From a virus (Duplodnaviria; Caudoviricetes): a stretch of 64,000 nt of DNA. The notes beneath the pieces are model-generated. The model had not been told where the DNA came from and did no database searches. It was given only the letters and a program-made list of their open reading frames with translations. Of this stretch, positions 1 through 7,663 are shown piece by piece. A program made the position numbers and the translations under genes. Numbering within the stretch: the stretch's first letter is position 1; every line of letters starts with the position of its first letter. The stretch lies in the IMG/VR virus record IMGVR_UViG_3300019742_000001; one strand, 5' to 3'.

Positions 1-105
1 TTCATTTCCTGGACCATTGCTGGTGGTGTTTTTGACTTACCTTGCGGCGTAAAAACAGGAATTCCAAATGCTGACACTTTACTCATACAATATTACCTCA
101 CAAAT

Positions 106-378
106 TTATTTTACTTCTTCTACCTCTTCTTCCATTTCAAACATATCAAGGTCGCGACCTTCTTTGAACTCACTGATAAACTTGTTCTCTTGAATACTTG
201 CATACTCATCGTTATCCATAATTACACACAAAAGTAATTGCTTTGGTAACTCAAATAATACTTGTAAGAACCTAACAACAACCATACATAATTGTAGGAT
301 AGGTTGGAAGTAATCCATAGCCACACCAACAAAAAATGTCTTCTGAATGCTCATAAAATCTTTAATTGTTTGTTTCAT
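106..378 (-). CDS. hypothetical protein
   Basis: ORF with RBS-like GAAAGG; sigma70-like promoter upstream (TTGACG-17-TATTAT, ~416-444). Confidence 0.6.
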   Translation of the reverse strand: MKQTIKDFMSIQKTFFVGVAMDYFQPILQLCMVVVRFLQVLFELPKQLLLCVIMDNDEYASIQENKFISEFKEGRDLDMFEMEEEVEEVK

Positions 379-612
379 AATATTACCTTTCGTTGGGGGT
401 TAATTTGATATGTTCTTATAATACACAATCTGATCTGAAACGTCAACCAATTACTTACTTCAACATTTCAAGATCTTCCATCCACGAATCATAACACCTT
501 GGGCATAAATTGATTTTTGTTGGTAACTGTAATGACTTATCCCAACCCATAAAATCTACTTTCTTTGGGTCATTTGTTTTATTCTTGCATCCGTAACACC
601 TGACTCGGTTCT

Positions 613-1191
613 TCATACTTTAGATATCTCCACCCGTTCAAACCACCCACGAGCATATCTCTCTTGATTAGGTGATTTCTTCATATAATTTATGTAATGG
701 TTCCCCTGTAAAACATTCAACATCTTCAACAACAATTCAATACTATCATTCTCAAGATATAATTTCAAACATTTTTCTGTTGTCGGACCAAAATCACCAT
801 CTTCAACCATATCAGAGTACAATTTACCATTACGATTCAATATATTAAGTGAGATCTGTAGAAATTTGACTGCCCTACCAACTCCCATATTAACCGATGT
901 GTCAAACATTTCCATTGCCAACCCTAATGACATTGAGTCACCTTCATATGGATCGAAATACTTCTGTTTGTACAACTTTTTAACATCTATTTGAAGTAGT
1001 TCATCATCTTCAAGACATTCTGGAAAGTCAGTATCATCTCTAAGTGCGTCAATTACAAACCAACCACCCCACGATGGATTATACTTTCTGGAAATACCTT
1101 TGTATGTTTCTCCACCCGCATCAAGTGGATCATTACAGTAACCACCTTCATTCTTCATCGTTTTTGCATATGATTCTAAATAACAACTCAT
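613..1191 (-). CDS. glycoside hydrolase family 108 N-acetylmuramidase (endolysin-like) with C-terminal PG-binding domain
   Basis: EGGYCNDPLDAGGETYKGI catalytic motif, FDTSVNMG, DGDFGPTT, C-terminal GWFERV. Confidence 0.9.
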   Translation of the reverse strand: MSCYLESYAKTMKNEGGYCNDPLDAGGETYKGISRKYNPSWGGWFVIDALRDDTDFPECLEDDELLQIDVKKLYKQKYFDPYEGDSMSLGLAMEMFDTSVNMGVGRAVKFLQISLNILNRNGKLYSDMVEDGDFGPTTEKCLKLYLENDSIELLLKMLNVLQGNHYINYMKKSPNQERYARGWFERVEISKV

Positions 1192-1201
1192 CTGAACTCC
1201 T

Positions 1202-1489
1202 TTATTTAACCTTCACATGACACCCACCACATTTCGTTGGAGCCTCATTCTCTGGTAATTTATGACATCCTTTACATTCAGTATGTCCGTATTTCTTATC
1301 AACTTGCACTGGTGAACCATGAATATGACACACGGTACAATCCTCAATCACACTTGAATGTGTTGTATGATTGAATGTCACATCACCTTTACCTGTATAA
1401 TGTTTCGTGAAATCTGTTGATCCTTCCATAGCAAATGCAATACCACCTACCATTAATAACATAACCACTAACAATAAAATCTTCTTCAT
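1202..1489 (-). CDS. ppcA: periplasmic triheme cytochrome c7 (PpcA family) with Sec signal peptide
   Basis: Signal peptide MKKILLLVVMLLMVGGIAFA; three CxxCH motifs (CTVCH, CKGCH, CGGCH); distal His in FNHTTH and GHTE; GDVTF and PTKC segments match the PpcA layout; strong RBS AAGGAG. Confidence 0.88.
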   Translation of the reverse strand: MKKILLLVVMLLMVGGIAFAMEGSTDFTKHYTGKGDVTFNHTTHSSVIEDCTVCHIHGSPVQVDKKYGHTECKGCHKLPENEAPTKCGGCHVKVK

Positions 1490-1583
1490 AAAAAATCTCC
1501 TTTATTTGATTTATAATACACAAGTATTTAACCATAAAAAGGAGATTAATGTAAACGACATCTACCGTCATTTCTATAGATGT

Positions 1584-2312
1584 CTATGTATCTGATTGTT
1601 CTTTCCACAATATATTCATTGATTTATATAACATACCTGATGAATTTGTAGCATTTGGTACCGAAATACCCAAAAAGTTGATATTCTCTGTCAACTTATC
1701 AAAAATTATGTTATGTACATCACCTTTAATTCGCTTCTTCTTTAGTTCTGAATATCCCTGTAACCCAATAACTTTCTTGAAACTACTAGATATGGAATCA
1801 TTAGATACTTTACCAAAGTTCTCCCACTTAGAACCATCTTTCCCATACAATCCAAAGTCACCATCTATTCTAGCAACAAATGCATCTTGTTTATACTTCT
1901 TGGCAATCTGTTGCATCACACCGAAAAATAGATCTGTGGATGGTTGATTCAATATTAACCACGATTCCTCTAATGAATCCTCTATCCTACCACCATACGA
2001 ACTACATTGAGATATATTAATATCATCTGGTAACTCAACTGAACATTCTTTCCAATGACCTACCAATCGATAAGCACCATACCCTTTCCCCAACTTAGAT
2101 CTTACATCTTTTAATAATTGGTTATTTTTAGTTTGGTTTGTCTTTATTGATACTTTCTCACCATTTTCGTACTTTCTGAACGCAGTTATGATACAAAAAT
2201 CAACTGATTCATCTTTAAGTTTAGACATTACTCTACTTAATGATGCACCTGATTCAAGGATACATCTTTCCTCAACCTCCAAATCATCTGTTAAATAGGT
2301 GTCTAGTCTCAT
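1584..2312 (-). CDS. SAM-lyase-like (T3 SAMase/Svi3-3-like) protein, possibly virion-internal
   Basis: IITAFR..N...N..L, GHWKE, LEESW and KYKQDAFV segments parallel T3 SAMase motifs (VSAFR, GCYRE, TEEKT, EWEQDCV) recalled from memory. Confidence 0.5.
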   Translation of the reverse strand: MRLDTYLTDDLEVEERCILESGASLSRVMSKLKDESVDFCIITAFRKYENGEKVSIKTNQTKNNQLLKDVRSKLGKGYGAYRLVGHWKECSVELPDDINISQCSSYGGRIEDSLEESWLILNQPSTDLFFGVMQQIAKKYKQDAFVARIDGDFGLYGKDGSKWENFGKVSNDSISSSFKKVIGLQGYSELKKKRIKGDVHNIIFDKLTENINFLGISVPNATNSSGMLYKSMNILWKEQSDT

Positions 2313-2608
2313 ATCGTTATCTCAACCAATTCATTCTTCCATAACATACGCCAGTTCACATAAGATTTCTCATCTTCTGGATGGTTTTTACGGAAGAATC
2401 TAGTTAGATCTCCTGTTTCAATGATAACCTTTTTTGAATTACGGTACAGGTCATCAGTGTAATCGACTGCAGATTTCCAAGGTACACCAGTAACCTTTTC
2501 CATTTGAGAAAGTATCTCTGGCAGATCACTTGATGTTACCTTCTGTACAGTGATTTTAAATGATTTGTGATTCTTTATATCTTTTGTCATCTTCACATTA
2601 ATTGTCAT
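2309..2608 (-). CDS. hypothetical protein
   Basis: ORF; ATGA overlap with the downstream gene. Confidence 0.65.
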   Translation of the reverse strand: MTINVKMTKDIKNHKSFKITVQKVTSSDLPEILSQMEKVTGVPWKSAVDYTDDLYRNSKKVIIETGDLTRFFRKNHPEDEKSYVNWRMLWKNELVEITI

Positions 2609-2621
2609 TACTTGTCTCCAT

Positions 2622-2807
2622 TTACTTTAGGGATACACCCAAAACTTTTTTGATTATATTTTTAAACCCTTCCCAATCTTCTGCGTCAAGTATCTGTTCT
2701 AATTGACTGATTTGTGATTTTGTCGCCTCACCATAAAACCTAACAAGTTCTTCAAACCCAAGATTTCCTGCGTATGACGCTTCTTTTAAGTATTTTTCAA
2801 TTCTCAT
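2622..2807 (-). CDS. small hypothetical protein (EASYAGNLGFEE type seen in T4-like phages)
   Basis: RBS GAGGA; CATAAATA late-promoter variant at ~2836-2843. Confidence 0.65.
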   Translation of the reverse strand: MRIEKYLKEASYAGNLGFEELVRFYGEATKSQISQLEQILDAEDWEGFKNIIKKVLGVSLK

Positions 2808-2849
2808 ATTACTTATCCTCCTAATTAGTCGGTAGTATTTATGAAAAAA

Positions 2850-2935
2850 TGGAGGAAGACAACGGACTTGAACCGTATCCTGTCACAGACGAATTGATTT
2901 CCAATCAAACCTAACACCTCGTTAGTTTATCTTCC
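2850..2935 (-). tRNA. trnS: tRNA-Ser(GGA)
   Basis: Cloverleaf with long variable arm, loop ttGGAaa, encoded CCA. Confidence 0.9.
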
Positions 2936-3089
2936 TTTTTGATTCCCTATATCCCATGAATAATATTTCACATATTCATCCCAAAAATCATATGGATTTG
3001 TTGACCTATATGGTGCATTCTTACCTTCAACATACTCATCTGATAGATCTAATCTACATGCCTTACCTTTCGGCATCAATGGATGTTCT

Positions 3090-3317
3090 TTACTCAATTT
3101 CTTCTAACCTTTCCTTATATTCCAAATCATCTAATAATAACAAAAATCTATTACTACACAAGGTATCCAATTGTGTCCATAATGATGAATATCTATACAT
3201 TTTACCGTAATTCGACACCATATTAAACGCATAGTTCAATTGTAAAATGTTTGTACAACTATGAATAACTTTTAAACATTTAGAGTAATCTCTGGATGAT
3301 TGTAAGATATCCTTCAT
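3090..3317 (-). CDS. hypothetical protein (start reassigned to MKDILQ)
   Basis: RBS AAGGA before ATG at 3317; the longer ORF-track version runs through two tRNAs. Confidence 0.55.
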   Translation of the reverse strand: MKDILQSSRDYSKCLKVIHSCTNILQLNYAFNMVSNYGKMYRYSSLWTQLDTLCSNRFLLLLDDLEYKERLEEIE

Positions 3318-3336
3318 TTGATGTTCCTTTGAAAAG

Positions 3337-3408
3337 TGGTATCGGTAGAAGGAATTGAACCTTCCATCTGTCCGTATGAAGGACGGATTCGTAACCATAC
3401 ATACCGAT
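3337..3408 (-). tRNA. tRNA(CAT), Met/Ile2, atypical D and anticodon arms
   Basis: Acceptor ATCGGTA/TACCGAT, T arm GAAGG-TTCAATT-CCTTC, loop ttCATac on a 4-bp stem, CCA. Confidence 0.6.
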
Positions 3409-3415
3409 ACAAAAG

Positions 3416-3486
3416 TGGAAGCGGAGGAAGGAATCGAACCTTCAAGTAAGTGGTTATGAGCCACCACGATACCCTGAATCCCCGCA
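3416..3486 (-). tRNA. trnM: tRNA-Met(CAT), initiator-like (1:72 mismatch)
   Basis: Loop ctCATaa, U1:U72 mismatch, CCA. Confidence 0.75.
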
Positions 3487-3509
3487 ATAATTGTTTCTAT
3501 GAATATATC

Positions 3510-4163
3510 TTATTGAAGTATTTCTGTCAACGAACCAAAGTTATCTAATAGAACTTCTTTGATATCGTTTGCTATTACACGATGTTCTTTCTGTGTTGCA
3601 TCTTCACATCGTAATTGACAATAATGAATGAATGATCTTACATCACCTGTCAAATACATTGTGGTCATTGTTAATCCTTCTGGTAATACTTTACGTGCAA
3701 CTTCTTTAGCAATACCTTTGTCTAACGCTGCTTTATACAACTCAACAGATTGATCTCTCAGTCGTGCCTGATTGAGTGTCCACCAATCTTGTAATGCCTT
3801 GTCACTGGTTTCAAGTGAATTCTGCCGATTCTTTGTGTCTTGTAATCTAGCCTCTGACAGTTCAAATGAATCTTCGGTGACTTCTGCATATCTCTGTGAA
3901 AACTCTTGGAATTTACACGACTTATGTCTCAAAATTTGTCTACCAATGTCTCTTGTACATTTAATCTCAACTGTCATACTAGCTGTTTCGAATATTGACC
4001 AATGAGCATGATCTGCACAATATTTCAACAATTTAGCTGATGTATCATGGTTTGCCTGATTGGTAGGATTTGATACCCTAGCACAATAAGCAATTAATTC
4101 TTCTGCTGTTTCACATTCATCAATAACTGGTTTTGTTATTGCTACAAGTTTTACACTACTCAT
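3510..4163 (-). CDS. thyX: FAD-dependent thymidylate synthase ThyX
   Basis: AYCARVSNP, HWSIFE, RHKSCKFQEFSQRY (ThyX RHRx7SxR-type motif). Confidence 0.93.
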   Translation of the reverse strand: MSSVKLVAITKPVIDECETAEELIAYCARVSNPTNQANHDTSAKLLKYCADHAHWSIFETASMTVEIKCTRDIGRQILRHKSCKFQEFSQRYAEVTEDSFELSEARLQDTKNRQNSLETSDKALQDWWTLNQARLRDQSVELYKAALDKGIAKEVARKVLPEGLTMTTMYLTGDVRSFIHYCQLRCEDATQKEHRVIANDIKEVLLDNFGSLTEILQ

Positions 4164-4190
4164 CTATCTCCTAGTTTGCGTTTAATTTAA

Positions 4191-4276
4191 TGGAGGAAGA
4201 CAGGGAATTCGAATCCCATCCTGTTACAGACGAACCGCTTAGCAGGCGGACCTAACACCTCGTTAGTTTATCTTCC
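4191..4276 (-). tRNA. trnS: tRNA-Ser(GCT)
   Basis: CCGC-ctGCTaa-GCGG, long variable arm, CCA. Confidence 0.92.
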
Positions 4277-4281
4277 ATATA

Positions 4282-4596
4282 TTATTCTCGTTCAAAATCA
4301 ACTATCTTCATTGTAGCTGTCTCATGTCCTTCTAATTGTTCCTTGTATGAATTATATACACCAGAAGTCATCATATTAAATTCACGTGATGATTTACGAC
4401 AATGATACACACTACCACTATAATTGGTGAATATATACTCAGTATCAGTTTCCTCTGTTTCAGTTATACCTGAACTCAGTTTCCAAGAATCACCATCCAG
4501 ATACCCACCTGACCATCCAGATAATACCTTTTGGATTTTACCGTGTTCGGATTCAAACTCAAGAACTACCCACGTATCAGGTATGTATTCTGACAT
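4282..4596 (-). CDS. conserved phage hypothetical protein
   Basis: PDTWVVL..KVLSGWSGGYLDGDSWKLSSGI motif recalled from T4-like phages. Confidence 0.7.
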   Translation of the reverse strand: MSEYIPDTWVVLEFESEHGKIQKVLSGWSGGYLDGDSWKLSSGITETEETDTEYIFTNYSGSVYHCRKSSREFNMMTSGVYNSYKEQLEGHETATMKIVDFERE

Positions 4597-4612
4597 TGTT
4601 ATATCCTTTAAA

Positions 4613-4688
4613 TGGAGCCGACAACAGGAATCGAACCTGTAACACCCTCATTACAAGTGAGGTACTCTGCCAATTGAGCTATGTCGGC
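4613..4688 (-). tRNA. trnT: tRNA-Thr(TGT)
   Basis: CCTCA-ctTGTaa-TGAGG, canonical cloverleaf, CCA. Confidence 0.95.
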
Positions 4689-4691
4689 AAA

Positions 4692-4780
4692 TGGAGGAAG
4701 GTAAGGGATTCGAACCCTTAACGGGTATTACACCGCTACTTGTTTTCAAGACAAGCTCCTCGTCCAACCGGACACCTTCC
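4692..4780 (-). tRNA. trnS: tRNA-Ser(TGA)
   Basis: CTTGT-ctTGAaa-ACAAG, long variable arm, CCA. Confidence 0.95.
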
Positions 4781-4839
4781 ATTTTCTCTTTAATACTATA
4801 CAACAAAACCTTAATTTTACTTTATACTATGAAAGAAAG

Positions 4840-4871
4840 TAAGGGTGGGTCTGAGATTACGACCCACCTTT
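4840..4871. terminator. GC-rich hairpin, possible terminator or processing stem
   Basis: AAGGGTGGGTC...GACCCACCTTT inverted repeat. Confidence 0.45.
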
Positions 4872-5147
4872 GTTAGAACTTTCGTTAGATTATCCGTAGG
4901 GGGCAACCCTTTGGTTCCTAACTTATCCACACATCATTCCAATGTGTATTCCAACGTGACTACCTTTTTTAAAGAGTGGTTTTTCTCTTGTCCTGTAAGT
5001 CTATTCAATACTTTGTCTACCCTAGTGAGTAATTAATTCCCTAAGTGCGACTCCCTATCAACACTCTCCAACTTGCGGTCTTTGAGTGCCCCAATTCACA
5101 ATACATGTTGGGGATTAAGCCACTTTCAACTTACAGCGGGGCCAACT

Positions 5148-5228
5148 TTGCGTTTACAATATTGGAATTGAACCAATAAATGTCAGATTAGAATTCTGAT
5201 TGACAACCTTTGTCAGATTGAACTATCC
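5148..5228 (-). pseudogene. degenerate tRNA-Arg(TCT)-like element
   Basis: T arm ATTGG-TTCAATT-CCAAT and TCAGA-atTCTaa-TCTGA present; acceptor stem and CCA poor. Confidence 0.45.
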
Positions 5229-5230
5229 AT

Positions 5231-5697
5231 GATGTGTGACCCCTGTGGATTCATAACCTTGCGATTACAAAATACCACACACCATATATCTTTCCCTTTT
5301 GTATCGGTACTCAATGGTTTTTCAAGATTTTGTCTGCCTCCTCACAAAGACACCCAATACCTATCAAACTACGAACCGCCCTTGACACTACTCTCAGACT
5401 ATGTTCATTATCCCTTATCTTTCATAAATGGAATGTTTGGTATGTAGTATTTCGGTACCACCCGAAACTCGTTTAGACCAGTGTTACCCACCTAAACTTT
5501 TTCCTACACATCCGTCATTACTTATGTCCACCTACTACAGTGAACACCCTTTACGGGAAGATGAGACTTGTTTGGTTATCCATTCGAAAATGGCGGGGAA
5601 GTGATAGAACTTACCCCTTTCGTTACGTTTCCGTAATTTATTTGTTGACACCAAACTGCCAATTTTATATTTTCAAAGATCGTTCTGTTTCAATGTT
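5231..5697 (-). ncRNA. large structured ncRNA, GOLLD/ROOL class candidate
   Basis: ~470 nt without a credible ORF, purine-rich on the minus strand, own promoter, inside a tRNA cluster; 3' part GGTGTGTGGTATTTTGT..CAAGG..ATGAATCCAC..CACATC resembles GOLLD-class 3' domains from memory. Confidence 0.55.
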
Positions 5698-5702
5698 TGT
5701 CT

Positions 5703-5731
5703 ACTATAACAACTTGTTCTGTCTTTGTAAA
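5703..5731 (-). promoter_or_regulatory. sigma70-type promoter TTTACA-17-TATAGT followed by boxA-like GATCTTTGAAAA (5670-5681)
   Basis: Direct reading; 17-bp spacing. Confidence 0.75.
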
Positions 5732-5752
5732 CCACCTTTTTAATTTTAATTT

Positions 5753-5828
5753 TGGTGCGGGTAGTAGGGTTTGAACCTACGACGTACGATTTAAAAGACC
5801 GTTACTCTACCAACTGAGTTATACCCGC
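5753..5828 (-). tRNA. trnK: tRNA-Lys(TTT) copy 1
   Basis: ACGGT-ctTTTaa-ATCGT, CCA. Confidence 0.9.
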
Positions 5829-5839
5829 TCAGTTTTTAA

Positions 5840-5916
5840 TGGTAGGGATGACAGGAATCGAACCTGCATTGTACGAGTTAAAAGCCCGTTGTAAAACCAA
5901 TTTTTACTACATCCCC
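5840..5916 (-). tRNA. trnK: tRNA-Lys(TTT) copy 2
   Basis: ACGGG-ctTTTaa-CTCGT, CCA. Confidence 0.88.
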
Positions 5917-6016
5917 ACAGACACATTTGTTTTACGTGTCCGTGGGAGTGTGTTAATCTCTTATCCCAAGAACACGATGAGTTTATCTTGTTTTCGTTTC
6001 ATCGTTAATCTCCTGT

Positions 6017-6304
6017 TTATTTTTTGTCAATAACTAAATTCATTTCTGTAACATATTTTCTTAAAATAACATAAGTTCCAAACTTATGTGTAATATTATA
6101 CTTTTCACTATCCCTTGTCAAGAACCAACTATAAATTTTATAAAGTTCTCTGTAATCGGTGTTTGTCAACTGTCTAACCGACAAATTACTTTCACGGTTG
6201 AATCTAATCGTCAAAACCCAAATATCTGGCAGTTTAGGTCTTGGTGTCTTTGGAAGTGTACCATTAATCGTAAAAAACTTGTATACCCATTCCTTCATAC
6301 TCAC
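6017..6304 (-). CDS. hypothetical protein
   Basis: ORF with RBS GAAAGG. Confidence 0.55.
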   Translation of the reverse strand: MSMKEWVYKFFTINGTLPKTPRPKLPDIWVLTIRFNRESNLSVRQLTNTDYRELYKIYSWFLTRDSEKYNITHKFGTYVILRKYVTEMNLVIDKK

Positions 6305-6316
6305 ACCTTTCGTTTA

Positions 6317-6541
6317 TTAACACTGGAAATAAATGTCATCAACGATTTCAATATCCGTTAACGATTCCAACTCTTCAATTGCTGATGTCTGTGTAAGACT
6401 CTTTAAGTGTATTTGTGGATAACACCATCCAGTTTTTACATTCTGGAAAGATTTGGTCACATCCTTTAACATAAAATAGTAACCTTCATTGTCAATACTC
6501 TTTAATAATATACCTTTTCCAAGTAGTGTTTCATTATCCAT
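6317..6541 (-). CDS. hypothetical protein
   Basis: ORF with RBS AAGGA. Confidence 0.55.
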   Translation of the reverse strand: MDNETLLGKGILLKSIDNEGYYFMLKDVTKSFQNVKTGWCYPQIHLKSLTQTSAIEELESLTDIEIVDDIYFQC

Positions 6542-6683
6542 ACAAATTCCTTTATTGGATGCCGATCTCTCCCCAACTTCAAAATCCTAAGTGGTATCGA
6601 CTACGCTCCCACTAACTTAGACCTTCTACGTGGAAGAATCCCTCTTTTCGTTCTCCACACCTCAGCGTGAAGTTTTACGACTC

Positions 6684-6839
6684 TTACCTACCTTGACCAC
6701 GATATCGTTTGACACCACGTTTCTTATTCCGTTTTTTCTTTTCTGGTCGTGAACATTTACCACCGCCAATCGTGGTCACCATCTTTCTACCATTAATCGA
6801 TTTGTCGTTTGCTGTTGTTCCTCTGATTTTCTTAGCCAT
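6684..6839 (-). CDS. small basic protein ending KRYRGQGR (51 aa; absent from ORF track)
   Basis: MAKKIRGTTANDKSINGRKMVTTIGGGKCSRPEKKKRNKKRGVKRYRGQGR; RBS GAAGGA; promoter TTTACA-17-TATTAT at 6873-6901. Confidence 0.75.
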   Translation of the reverse strand: MAKKIRGTTANDKSINGRKMVTTIGGGKCSRPEKKKRNKKRGVKRYRGQGR

Positions 6840-6916
6840 TTCGTTTCCTTCTGTTAGTGGTTAATTTCAATAATAATAACACTCTGTTTCAATAATGTAA
6901 ACTATCTTTTTAAAAA

Positions 6917-6994
6917 TGGTAGGAGTAGAGGGATTCGAACCCATCACTTTATGCCGTTTAAAGACACTGACTCTGCCAATTGGTCTATACTCCC
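6917..6994 (-). tRNA. trnL: tRNA-Leu(TAA), short variable arm
   Basis: GTGTC-ttTAAac-GGCAT, A73, CCA. Confidence 0.8.
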
Positions 6995-7050
6995 ATATAA
7001 ACTTAGTTGTTGATAGTGGTCGTTACCCCACTAATTCTTCCGATTTCCAC

Positions 7051-7130
7051 GGTTACTCGCTGTGTATTGGAACAGGTTACACCTGCACTTCCCCGTTTAT
7101 AGGGTGTCTCCTAATTACCTATTACGAACC
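7051..7130 (-). pseudogene. degenerate tRNA-like element
   Basis: CCC-tataaac-GGG and GCAGG-tgtaa-CCTGT arms, no CCA. Confidence 0.3.
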
Positions 7131-7206
7131 AATGATTTCAGGTAATACAGTCTCTTTAAAGTCCATGTTCGATTACAGACTACATGACTTACATGTTTAT
7201 CAACAA

Positions 7207-7395
7207 CTATTTCTTTTCTTCTACTGTATCACTTAAATCATGGATTGTCCCACAATTATCACAATAAATATTTACTGATGGATCAAAGACAACTTCTTCA
7301 TCTGACATATCATGACCTTCTGGATCGATTGAGTATGTAAATGAATCATTACACCCACAGTTTCCACATATAACATGTAATCTCGCCCTTACCAT
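7207..7395 (-). CDS. small Cys-rich Zn-ribbon-like hypothetical protein
   Basis: CGNCGC...CDNCG; RBS GGAG. Confidence 0.6.
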   Translation of the reverse strand: MVRARLHVICGNCGCNDSFTYSIDPEGHDMSDEEVVFDPSVNIYCDNCGTIHDLSDTVEEKK

Positions 7396-7413
7396 ATCAA
7401 TCTCCGTCTAAAT

Positions 7414-7491
7414 TGGTGTTCCTAGTGGGATTCGAACCCGACAATAATCGCTTATAAGGCAACCGTTATAGACCATTTTAACTACAGGAAC
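7414..7491 (-). tRNA. trnI: tRNA-Ile(TAT)
   Basis: GTTGC-ctTATaa-GCGAT, A73, CCA. Confidence 0.82.
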
Positions 7492-7498
7492 GTGTAAC

Positions 7499-7574
7499 TG
7501 GTGGATCTCCACGGACTTGAACCGTGATAATACGTCTTATGAGGACGCTGCTCTACCAATTGAGCTAAAGATCC
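7499..7574 (-). tRNA. tRNA(CAT), elongator Met or Ile2
   Basis: GCGTC-ctCATaa-GACGT, canonical cloverleaf, CCA. Confidence 0.9.
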
Positions 7575-7578
7575 AAAA

Positions 7579-7655
7579 TGGTGTCCCCGATAGGATTCGA
7601 ACCTATGACTAATAGCTTAGAAGGCTACTGCTCTATTCCGCTGAGCTACGGAGAC
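7579..7655 (-). tRNA. trnR: tRNA-Arg(TCT)
   Basis: GTAGC-ctTCTaa-GCTAT, CCA. Confidence 0.95.
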
Positions 7656-7663
7656 ATGTAACT

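Noticed and set aside
3318-3467. N-terminal extension of ORF 3090-3467 (likewise 12836-12949)
   Set aside because: The extensions run through tRNA genes; internal ATGs have good RBSs.
4914-5035. Minus-strand ORF-like stretch LLTRVDKV...MMCG
   Set aside because: An in-frame stop directly precedes it and there is no start codon or RBS.
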